64,000 nt of DNA, taken from contig JBJEVA010000098.1 of assembly GCA_051884115.1 (NCBI GenBank), forward strand, positions 26,975 to 90,974. The letters are read 5' to 3'. The first letter of the stretch is position 1; each line of letters starts with the position of its first letter. Source of the stretch: Candidatus Coproplasma sp. (lineage in GTDB: Bacteria > Bacillota > Clostridia > Christensenellales > Borkfalkiaceae). A model generated the notes under the pieces. The model ran no database searches. It saw only the letters and a program-made list of their open reading frames with translations, and was not told the DNA's origin. Below are positions 27,827-37,900 of the stretch, one piece after another. The translations under genes and the position numbers were made by a program.

Positions 27827-28720
27827 TTATTCCATATTTATACTATCTGTTACAAGATAGGAAAAGTTAACTATATACTCCACTCCGTTTTCCGTTTTAT
27901 TGACCGTGTAGCTCTTTTTAATTACACGCTCGGAATATATTGACGGAGCGGAGAGCGCGGAGAGAGTGTTTTGCTCGCTCTCGCAATCGTATATAAGCGA
28001 AATTTCGCTTTCCACTTCTATTTCGGCAAAGCCTACCGCAAGGCAATCTAATCTTTGTCCGCTTTGATTTACTTCAAAGCAATCGATTAGCGTATCGCCT
28101 ATTTTAACCTTATCACCCACCTCTTTCTGCGCTGTTCCGCAGACGGCGACAAGGCGATAAATTGTGCCTGTAACCGAAGACTTTAAGGGGGAATAAGATA
28201 CTCCGATATCTTGGTTTTGCGATGCGTGGACGTCGATTATTAGGTATGCGCCCTGCCGTTGCACGTGGCAGAACTCCACGCCGTCAAGGGCAAGCACCTG
28301 CGATTGAAGTAAAGCTTTATCCAAGGTTCGGCAGAGCGACCACTCCTTTACGCCACAGCTTTGGGCAAGCTCCATAATCTGCGGTGAAAGGTAATCGGCA
28401 TTGCCTGTTATTTTTATCTTAAAAACTATGCTCTGCGAAAAGAGGGTTGACGCTAAAAAAAGGAACGCACCGACAATTATTGCAAAGCGGTTTTTAACAA
28501 AAGCCGACAATCGCATTTTAAAGCTTTTACGCCTTATGACAGTATTATAACACGGGTGTGCGAAAATTGCAAAAACTTTTTCTATATATTCCCTTTTAAC
28601 ACCGAAACACAGCTTTGAACCCCTCTTTTTGACGGTAAATACGGGTATTTTGTGCATAGCAAGCTTTTTTAGAGCAACTTCGGGTTGTGCGGTTACTTCA
28701 AATACGACTATATTATTCAA
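27827..28720 (-). CDS. yqfD: Sporulation protein YqfD (short form)
   Basis: Single TM span after an N-terminal domain; located directly downstream of yqfC; overlapping reading frames. Confidence 0.65.
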   Translation of the reverse strand: MNNIVVFEVTAQPEVALKKLAMHKIPVFTVKKRGSKLCFGVKREYIEKVFAIFAHPCYNTVIRRKSFKMRLSAFVKNRFAIIVGAFLFLASTLFSQSIVFKIKITGNADYLSPQIMELAQSCGVKEWSLCRTLDKALLQSQVLALDGVEFCHVQRQGAYLIIDVHASQNQDIGVSYSPLKSSVTGTIYRLVAVCGTAQKEVGDKVKIGDTLIDCFEVNQSGQRLDCLAVGFAEIEVESEISLIYDCESEQNTLSALSAPSIYSERVIKKSYTVNKTENGVEYIVNFSYLVTDSINME

Positions 28721-28958
28721 TGCTTACCCCCGTTACGTTACCTTTTATGAAGAGGTCTTGAATAAAATATTTATCGATTGTAAGGGACTGACCCGTTAAC
28801 GTTACTCTTAATTTGCCAATCGAAATAATAATTTTTTCGGGGGTGTATTCCTCCACCCTTTTGACCGATTGCAGATAGCAACCGTACGAGGGGATTAGCG
28901 TAATCGCCTTGCCCGTATCCGCCCCTGCTTCCCTTAAAAGCTGTTCTAAAAGTTTCAT
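28713..28958 (-). CDS. yqfC: YabP/YqfC family sporulation protein
   Basis: 81 aa; the size, the beta-rich pattern and the synteny with yqfD-phoH fit the family. Confidence 0.65.
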   Translation of the reverse strand: MKLLEQLLREAGADTGKAITLIPSYGCYLQSVKRVEEYTPEKIIISIGKLRVTLTGQSLTIDKYFIQDLFIKGNVTGVSIE

Positions 28959-29023
28959 AAGATAGTTTATGCTTTTGGGGTAAGGAATATTAAATTATAT
29001 GGTAAAGGCATACTAAAACCGCA

Positions 29024-29053
29024 CGGCTTAATCGCCGTGCGGTCTTTGTTGTT
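29024..29053 (-). terminator. Rho-independent terminator after the 860-aa surface protein gene
   Basis: Minus strand ACCGCACGGC-GATTA-GCCGTGCGGT followed by TTTTAG. Confidence 0.7.
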
Positions 29054-29067
29054 GGTTGTGGGGTATA

Positions 29068-31650
29068 TTAGTAACCTAATACTAACGTTACGTTTCCTGC
29101 AATTTCTTTTGTGTCTGCATTTACTTCAGAGTCACCATGGAATTTTATATCACGTTTATTACTATCCTTACCCAACCAATTTATTTCTTTTACATAAATG
29201 TTATATGTTACTTTATCTGTAGTAATAGTAAGTACTTTGTCAGTTATAGTAAACGTTACATTACCTTCATAAATATCAATTGTTGATACTTTTGTAACAC
29301 CACCGACAACATTTCCGCTTACTTTTTCGCCCAATATTTGGACACTATCTTTTTCAATGAAAACCCTATTCGTATCGGTACCACCTCTATTAAGACTTAC
29401 AGTCATCGTAAACTTTGTTCTCGTATAGACGATTAAGTTGTCGGTGGTAAGTGAAGAAACTTCATTCCAACTGTTGTCGTACCACTTGCCGTCTATACTA
29501 TCGGAAACAGGAGCAGAAGGAGCTGAACCTGAAGTGTTGACGCTTGCGGTAAACGCGGTGCTAACCTTGCTGTGACCCCAGATGACATACAACGTAACAT
29601 TTTTATTTGCGATATCATTGCCATCACCAAATTCAAGTGCTTCACCATTTTTAGAAGCGAAGCCAAGGAATACATAGTTATCAGCTGAAGGTTTCAAAAG
29701 ACCTGCATTGAAGTCATCAAGGTCAACAACAACTGGGGTTATATTTCCTTTCTTAACCGTAGTTCCATAATAGCTAAACGCAACTTCGCTATAGACGTCT
29801 ATAACTTTTGCAACAGAATAGCTTACCGAATATGTCACGTGTGTATAGTTGTTTGCGTCAGTGTCCAATTTTGGTGTAAACACGCACTTATAGTTGATGC
29901 CGTTTTCATTTATGTCATACTTCGCAAAATCTACCGCAAGATTTGCCTCTATTGTTTCATCGATTGCAAACGTTGTCGTAGTTAAAACGGGATAGTACTT
30001 TGCAAGTATTTCATTGGCAACTTCTTCCGTAAGAGTGCTATCCGTTACACCATTTAAGTTAACAACTGCTTTTGCTCTTGCGTAATCCCAACCGCTTGAA
30101 ACGAGAGTGCCATCGCCGTTCTTACCTATTACATATCCTGTTGAACCGTTACGACGAACTTGACCCCAGTTCTCTACGCCAATTATTGTATGGTAGTAAA
30201 CGGTTATTCTGGTTTTATTGTTAGTAGATGATGTTGTACAACCGTAGAAAGGAACTGTCTTAGTGTCACCTGCCTCACCAAGCAATGTTACGCTTTGTGC
30301 AAGGAATACCGTGCTTTTAATATTGAAGTTATCGAGGAACGCCATTTCTCCTATAGTTTCGATATTTTCGGGAACTACTATGTTCTTTATTGAGGTTTCA
30401 GTAGTACCTGTTACAACCTCGCCATTTTCATTAAGTACATAATTCGCCAATGCCTTTTCACCAATTTCGGTTACGGGATAGCCATCTATTTCATTTTCAA
30501 GGACTAAGGTATTTGCTTCGTTGTTATAAGCGTATTTAGTATAGAAATCGTGGGTTAAGTCAACCGTCTTACCGCATACAACGAAGTGATATCCGCTTGC
30601 GTCGCTGTTAGCGGTTAACTGATAATATACGCCGTTTTCATCGGCAACTTTCTCTAAATCACCGCATCTGCTACAAATATGGTTTACATAGTTATGACCG
30701 AGAGCTTCGACCGTTTGTTGCGCAACGAGGATTTCGCCACACTCCGAACAGTGCTTTCCTTCGGTTAAGCCCGTTTTAGTACAGGTGGCTGAAACTGCAT
30801 CGTCAATCACTTCGGTGTGACCGAGAGCATTAACCGTTTGCTGTGCAACGAGAGTTTTACCGCAGACCGAGCAATGCGAACCTTGGGTTAAACCCTCCTC
30901 GGTACAGTTAGGCGCAACCGCTTCGTCCGTAACTACGGTATGAGGCAGAGCTTCGATTTTGCCGTCGCCTAACTTCCAAGCCTCGAGGTCGGAAATTTCG
31001 GTTTCGCCTACGCTATCCGCGAAAAATTTAGTACAACCCTCGTCGGTACATTTATAGTAGCTATTCCAACCGTCTGCCGAACAGGTTGCGCTTTGACCTT
31101 CAACCGCTTCAAGCGTATGCTTTTCGGCAAGTATTACGTTAGCGCTACCGTTAAGTTGGGTTGACGAAGGAAGCTCTACTATTACAAAGTAGGGATTAGA
31201 GAACATATTTTCATCTAAGCCGAGGTCGGTTACGTTTAGGGTGCTATCTCCGCTTGTAAGAGAACTATAGACAACGTTAGAAAGTCCGCTTTGGTTATTA
31301 CCCGTAAAGTACTCGCCCACGCCGAATTTATATCCGATATTGAAATCGGGAATAATTGAATTTTCGGTTGAAATAAGGTCGCCCAAGTCTATTACCGAGA
31401 GATAGAGAGTATAATTGCCATCGTTAGAAGCGATGCTTATCGTGCTTGATACATCGACTTCACGGCCAAACACGTTGATTTTGCTGTACGAAGCTTTTCC
31501 ATCAGCAAACGCGGTAAGACGATACGTACCGTTAAAGTCGCCGTGGTCGTTTGATTTTGTGCTGAACACAACGGCGCAAATGCCGAGGGCAACAGCCATA
31601 AGCGCTGTTACTACCGTTATAATAATTGATTTCTTTGCTTTGAATTTCAT
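29068..31650 (-). CDS. Large N-terminally anchored surface protein: Cys4 modules, BspA-type LRR segment, and a C-terminal module shared with the giant neighbour
   Basis: 860 aa. N-terminus MKFKAKKSIIITVVTALMAVALGICAVV. Contains 2x41-aa HT..D.AV...CT..GLT.G.HCS.CG modules and an LRR_5-like segment (VLENEIDGYPVTEIGEKALAN...VVPENIETIGEMAFLD). The stretch YVFLGFASKNGE..NVTLYVIWG resembles the Listeria-Bacteroides repeat. No LPXTG, SLH or cell-wall-binding repeats were seen. Confidence 0.7.
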   Translation of the reverse strand: MKFKAKKSIIITVVTALMAVALGICAVVFSTKSNDHGDFNGTYRLTAFADGKASYSKINVFGREVDVSSTISIASNDGNYTLYLSVIDLGDLISTENSIIPDFNIGYKFGVGEYFTGNNQSGLSNVVYSSLTSGDSTLNVTDLGLDENMFSNPYFVIVELPSSTQLNGSANVILAEKHTLEAVEGQSATCSADGWNSYYKCTDEGCTKFFADSVGETEISDLEAWKLGDGKIEALPHTVVTDEAVAPNCTEEGLTQGSHCSVCGKTLVAQQTVNALGHTEVIDDAVSATCTKTGLTEGKHCSECGEILVAQQTVEALGHNYVNHICSRCGDLEKVADENGVYYQLTANSDASGYHFVVCGKTVDLTHDFYTKYAYNNEANTLVLENEIDGYPVTEIGEKALANYVLNENGEVVTGTTETSIKNIVVPENIETIGEMAFLDNFNIKSTVFLAQSVTLLGEAGDTKTVPFYGCTTSSTNNKTRITVYYHTIIGVENWGQVRRNGSTGYVIGKNGDGTLVSSGWDYARAKAVVNLNGVTDSTLTEEVANEILAKYYPVLTTTTFAIDETIEANLAVDFAKYDINENGINYKCVFTPKLDTDANNYTHVTYSVSYSVAKVIDVYSEVAFSYYGTTVKKGNITPVVVDLDDFNAGLLKPSADNYVFLGFASKNGEALEFGDGNDIANKNVTLYVIWGHSKVSTAFTASVNTSGSAPSAPVSDSIDGKWYDNSWNEVSSLTTDNLIVYTRTKFTMTVSLNRGGTDTNRVFIEKDSVQILGEKVSGNVVGGVTKVSTIDIYEGNVTFTITDKVLTITTDKVTYNIYVKEINWLGKDSNKRDIKFHGDSEVNADTKEIAGNVTLVLGY
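30694..30939 (-). repeat. Two tandem 123-bp (41-aa) Cys-containing modules inside the 860-aa gene
   Basis: Period markers GTGACCGAGAGC / ATGACCGAGAGC / ATGAGGCAGAGC lie at 30817, 30694 and 30940, exactly 123 nt apart. Confidence 0.75.
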
Positions 31651-31694
31651 AATTGTTGCCTTATTTTTGTTTGTTTTTTTAACCTTTAATAATT

Positions 31695-31844
31695 TTAAAC
31701 GTTAATGTTGAAGTAGCCTTTTAAGCTGTTGACGTCGTAGATGTTATCGGTTGCGAAAGGACTGCTTACTTGAGTAATGACGTCCTTTTCGTCAAAACGA
31801 ATCGCCTCGATTTGGGGCATCTCGAATTTCTTTTTTGCCTTCAT
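31695..31844 (-). CDS. 49-aa micro-ORF between the two large surface genes
   Basis: My own translation gives MKAKKKFEMPQIEAIRFDEKDVITQVSSPFATDNIYDVNSLKGYFNINV. It has a strong SD (AAGGAGA, 4 nt spacer), is co-oriented with both neighbours, and has no Cys. Confidence 0.45.
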   Translation of the reverse strand: MKAKKKFEMPQIEAIRFDEKDVITQVSSPFATDNIYDVNSLKGYFNINV

Positions 31845-31887
31845 AATTCTCCTTATAAAATATCTTTGTTTTAATTTCTTATTTTGC

Positions 31888-31924
31888 GCCGTACGGCTTT
31901 TTTCTTAGCCGTACGGACTTTTTT
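31888..31924. other. Hairpin between the giant gene stop and the micro-ORF
   Basis: GCCGTACGGC (31888-31897) pairs with CCGTACGG (31909-31916) across an 11-nt loop. The T6 run at 31919-31924 follows on the plus strand only. Confidence 0.5.
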
Positions 31925-31930
31925 ATTTGA

Positions 31931-34900
31931 TTAGTAGCTAAACGTCAAGGTCATATTTCCGCTGACCGTCTGAACTCCTGTTATGCTTGAAGAGATAACG
32001 CGTTGTATTCCCTTATCGCTACCTGTTACTTCTGCATCGTTTACGAATACGGTATAGGTTATATTTCCCGTTACGATTGTAAGCTTATTGTTGTTAAGCG
32101 TAAACGTTGCTTCACCTTCGTATAACAAAATGCTCGTTACGTTAGCCGTTCCGCCGATAACGTTACCGTTAATTCTGTACGTCTTTTCGTTTGCACCGTT
32201 TTCTAAGATGTGAACGATATTAGTGTCGGTACCGCCTCTCTTCAATTTAATTTGAAGCGAATACGTAGCCTTTTCAGCCCAAACAACTTTATAAACTTCT
32301 TCACCGTTTTCTTCTACGATATTCCAACTTGCAAAGTTGTGCGTATATTCGGTAGGGGTATCGAGAACGAGTTCTTCACCCGTTACGGGAATGGTTACCT
32401 TTGTTGCAGTGTTTGCAGGTATCTTAGTGCCGTAGTAGGTAAATTCGTATTCGCTATAAACGTTTATAATCTTTGCCAACGAATAGCTTACCGAATAGGT
32501 TACGTGGGTATAACCGCCTACCGTGCTTAACTCGGGGGTGAACACGCACTTGTAGGTTATGCCGTTTTTGGTCATATCGAACTGTGCAAAATCTACCGAA
32601 AGATTTGCCTCAATCGCTGTGCTGAGAGCAAACGTGCTGTCGCTTACCAAAGGATAATACTTTGAAAGAATTGTATTTACAGCATCTTCGGAAAGAGTGC
32701 TACCCACTACGCCGTTTAATTCGACGGTTGCGCTTGCCGTTACGTAGTCCCAACCGCTTGAATGGGTTGAACCGCCGTTTTCACCGATATAGAAGTTGAA
32801 GTTAATAAACTTGGATACGTACCTGAAATGCCTCCAATCGTCTCCGCTGGTGGTTACGATATTGTGGTAATATACGTTAAGATAGGTTACTTCGTTGCCG
32901 TTTTTACCGTTAACGTCATCCTCGGTACCGAGTACGGAACAGCCGTAGAAGGGCATTGACCTACCGCTCTTAGCTTCGCCGTGGAAGGTTACGGAATCGG
33001 CAAGGAATACAGCAAGTTCCATACCGATATTATCGAGGAACGCCCTTTCGCCTACCGTTACGATATTTTGAGGAACTACTACCCTCTTTATAGCGTGACC
33101 GTCTGTATTTGCCAACGCCTCTTTCGCGATTGCCGTTACGGGATAACCGCCGATTTCATTTTCAAGTACCAAGGTTGCAGGGTTAGAACCGTCGCAATAT
33201 TTTGCGTTAAAGCCTGCCGACCTGCCTACTACGGTATAGCTCATAGTGTCGGAGCTGAACGAATATTTAACGCAATTTATTGTCACTTCGCTGTTAACAA
33301 ACGTTCCGTAAATATCTATTGTTCCTGCCTCTTCGATTATCTCGTTTTCGCCTACCGCAGTACCGTCTGCATAGGTTACGGCGCCAATCGTCTCTAACCC
33401 CTTAACTTCGGTAGGAACCTTATCGCCGACAAACGAAGACAACGTGTATAACTGTTCGCCTGAGTGAACGATTACGCTGACCGCCGTACGCCTTACCGCA
33501 TAAACGGTCATATCGCTATTCATTACAAAACTCGTTTCTCCTACCGTGTCGGCAACCGTTGAATAGAGAAGTCTGAACTCCTTTGTATCGTCGGTATATG
33601 CAGGGGAATTATTGTCGTAGAGATATACCGTCGAGCCGTGACGGACAAGGCGGGTTTGCTTAGTGCCGTCAAGATTTACAATGGTAAGCGTATGCTGATA
33701 GAGCATATTTGAATAGTTGTAGCTTGCATCGTAATTTGAATTATCGCTGTTGTAGTAGAGATTAAAGCAACCGAACTTTTCGTCGTAACCGCTCGCCTCG
33801 TTCTTTACGAAGTGAGAGTAGTCAACTGTTATTCCCTGTGCTGAAATTATCTCGTTTGCCTTGTCGTACATTGAAGGCGCGACAACCCCCGAAGTGAGCG
33901 TATTGCCCATTACGTATTCGGTCGTTGCCCCCTCTTCATAGTTAAGGGTTGCAGAGAATTTTACGTAGGACTGAATGGCACCGCTCGCCTTTACTCCGCT
34001 TATTCCGTTATCGTCTCTAAGCAGTGCGCAATAGAGCTTTGTAAGCACGTCGCCCGTTACTTTGCCTGCGTTGAGCGCAAAGCCGTAGTAATTATCGGAT
34101 ATGCCGAACTCATTTTCAAGGGGTGATATATCGCCGAAAGACGCCGTTTCGGTGCCGTTGATTACTACGCGAAGGGCCTCTACAAAGTCGTACATCGAAA
34201 TTTCCTGTTCCTCTTTATCGGAGGTTACGTTATAGAGATATACGTCCTGAGGAGTAGTAAGTCCCGAGCTTACGTTTAAGTCGCCTGCGGTTGATTTGAT
34301 AATACTCATTACCGTATCCCAACCGCTGATGTTGAGCCACCACTTTAATACGCAGTCGTTGTCTGCCTTTACGAGCATATGGTCCATAAAGTAGTCCATA
34401 GTCATAATTCTGTATTCGGGCGTCGTGGTGTTAAGTCCCTTTGCAAGCGTTAAATATCCGCCGTGGAAGGATATGCCCACCGTGCTTTCGGGTATGGTTA
34501 CTAAGCCAAGCGCACTCATCTTCTTGACGTGTAAAAGTCCTGAGAAGTAGAAGTCGTTATCCGCCATAGAAACCGTAAGCGTCGATACGTCTATGTTGAT
34601 TGTGAACATGCTTACGATATTAGCCGTAATAGAACCGCTTAACGTGAACTTTTCATATACGTTGCCGTTATCGTCGGTTGCAAACTTGACTAAATCGCTG
34701 ATTAAATCGGGGAGGAATTCTATACTTACGTATTCCCCTCTGTCAAACGAAGAGTAATCTCTTCTCGGCGTCTTTGCCGACGAGAGCGAAAGCCAAGTCT
34801 TTAACGACTCTACGCCGTCTTTATCGATAACCTTTGCCTGTGCATTGGTTGTCATCGAGTGGTCGTTATGGTTAATTACCGCTTTAATATTGCCCAAATC

Positions 34901-37900
34901 GCCTGAATAGGTTATGCCGAGCTGACCTAACAAATTGTTAAGGTCGATATCCGTAGTAACTACGCCGTCAACCTCTGTAGAGATAACAGCCTCGCTGAAG
35001 TTGAAGTTTATGAGCTTTTCAAGTAAGGAGGCAAGCGACGTAGTCTGTGCGTCGGTTGTGTTTTCAGCCGTTTCGGGGTTTATTACAACTTCGCCCTCGG
35101 TTGAAGTTTGAGAGTTAGAGCTGTCCGTACCCATAAGTCCGCCCAACATATCCATTACGTTGGTATTGTTTATTGCCGAAACAAGTACCTTAAAGGTATC
35201 GAATAAACTATCCTGTGTTGCATAAACCTTGAAGTCGGGAAGCTTAATATCCGCTACCTGATTTAAGTTTATGAAGAAACGTTGCTGTCCGCTTTGATAT
35301 TCTGTTATAACGTGGAGGTTGATTATTACACCGCCTGCGTTTATGTTCAAAAGACCTTCCGCAAGCTTTCCGTTAAACTCGTCTTTTTCACCCGTTATGT
35401 ATAGTTCTGCGTTGACATAGACGCCTGCAAGCTCTGTAATGTTGCAGTTATCGCCACTCAGCTCGAACACTACCGAATAGGTGTCTGAACCGAGAATGTT
35501 TTCTACAGAAATACAATCTAATGCTTCAAACAGATAATCGTAGGCAAGTTTAATAAATGCAGTGTCGCCGTCCTTTGAAGAGGACATTTTGATATTTTCA
35601 CCGTCGAACTCTGCTTGGAGTGCGGAGATAAGACTTCCGCCTACCGCATAGACTTTAACGTCTCCGCCGAGAGAGAATCTTTCACCGAACGCTCCGTCGT
35701 ATTCGAGCGAGAGATTTCCGTCAGTTCCTATTTTTACGTTTGCGCAATTATCCGAAAGATAGGAGAGTAAGAGCGAAGTTCCGTCGCAGGTTGCGGAGAA
35801 GTTATTTAAGAACTCTACCCAATCGTCCTTGGCAAGTACGCCGAACACGAGCGTTAGCAATTCGTCGGTTGAAATTAAGGTCGTTGAGTTGGCTACGTCG
35901 GTTACCGTTGCGTTATCGGTCGGCGTTGTGCTGTCGGGCTGAGCAGGCTCGGCGGAAATGGGTGCCATTCCGAGTGCGGAAGCCACTTTATTATATATTT
36001 CGATAAAGCCGTTCTTTACGCCGTCTATATCCGACTTATAGATATCTAAACCGATACCGTTGAGCGCAAGTCTTACCATAGGGGTATCGACTGCGTTTTT
36101 GTTGTAATAGAGCTTTAAGGTCGTTACGTCCGTACCCGTTTCGGATATTGACATTCCGAGGTCGAGCGCAACGTATTCTTCACCGCTCTTCCAGCTTATT
36201 TCGCCCTCGCCCCAGACGTAGATTAAAATACCGTCGAGCGAGAGATAGGAGCCGTGGCTACCGCCGTTTTGCGCCTCGTCAATCACAAAGGTTATCTTTT
36301 GACCGTCCTTGATTGCGTTTATCTGCGACATTGCCGAGTTAACCGTATTCAAGAGGTCTGAGAGTTCAAAGCAACCCGTCATTATATCGGCAGGCGTTTG
36401 AGTTGAAATATCCGTGGGATTGAGCGTTAACGCTAAGCCGAGCGAAGGGAGATTTGCCGAAAGAAGGTCGCCCTCTTCGTTTTGCGCAAGATGCTTATAT
36501 GTAAGCGTAAGCTCGCCCAACGCCATACCTGTATTTAAGCCTAATACGTTGAGTAAGTTATCGACGTCAACGCCGAGGTTGAGCGTATTAGAAGTTGTGC
36601 TAAGCTGAGGAATAAGCGCGTTGATATCTGCCGTTAAGAGATTGGAAAGTATGTTGGATACGGCTGAAACGCTTTCATTATTCTGCTCCGCCGAAGCATC
36701 GGACGCAAGAGTTTCAGTCTTGGGCGTTACGTACTCTATTAAAGTTTTAACGCCTGTAACGACCTCGTCTATATTACAGCCAACCTTTACGCAAACTTCC
36801 GTATTATTTATTCTATCGAGGAGCAACACTACCTTACCGCTATCCATCGAACTGCCCTGATAGCGGATAATTATGTGTGCCGAAATCCTTTCACTATTAT
36901 ATATAAACGACAGAGTTGCATCGAGCTGAACTGCCAGAGCCTTGGTACTGTCTGTTATGGAAGCCATTGCGTCGGCAAAGTCGAAGTAAGCGTTTGCCTC
37001 TACCTTTATTCCCTTTAACGCCTCTACGTTGAGCGCGTCGCCGTCGAAGGTTATTCCCAGAACAAGTTTGTTGGCTTCGAGTACTTTGTTGACGTCTGCA
37101 AGTACGTCTGCAAGGTTTAATGCGTTGTCTAAAGTTAACTCTTCGAGTTGTTCGTTGTAGGGGTTAAGCGTTACGCCTATACCGAAAGAAGGTACGGTTG
37201 CAGATAGTAAGTTTTCACCGTTGTGTTCGTATGTAAGCGATACGTTACCGATTGTCATTCCTGCGTTTACATTGAGAAGTTTTAACGCCTCATCGACGTT
37301 TACTTCGAGGTTGAGCAGGTTTTCGCCTGCGCTGATATCGGTTAAAATTGTGTTGATATCTGCGGTTAAGAGGTTTGCAAGAATTGCGTTAAGGTCGATT
37401 GCGTTGCCGTTCGCACTCTCCGTTGCCTCTGTACTTTCCGCCGAGCCGAAATAGCCGAGTAACGTATTTACGCCGTCGATTACTTCGTTTACGTTGCAAT
37501 AGAGCTTAACGTTCCTCTCCGCTCCGCAGAGTGAATCGAGAGAGAGTATTACTCTTCCGTATGTATTTGCATCGTAAACGTAATAAGCGGTAATTGTTGC
37601 CGTTATGTTTTCATAACTTACGGTTGCCGTTACTTGGGCGGTTATACCGCTATTGAGGTCCGCATAGACTGTTGCCGTTGCGCAAAGTCCGTCCATACCG
37701 AGGCTTGCACCGTCGAAGGTTAATGCAACTGCCAATTTCTTAGCTTCAATTATGCTGTTAACGTCTGCAAGTACGTCTGCAAGGTTTAATGCGTTTTCGC
37801 AAGTTAACTCTTCGAGTTGTTCGTTGTAGGGGTTAAGCATTACGCCTACGCCGAAAGAAGGTACGCTTACGGATAGAACGTTCTCGCCGTTGTGGTTGTA

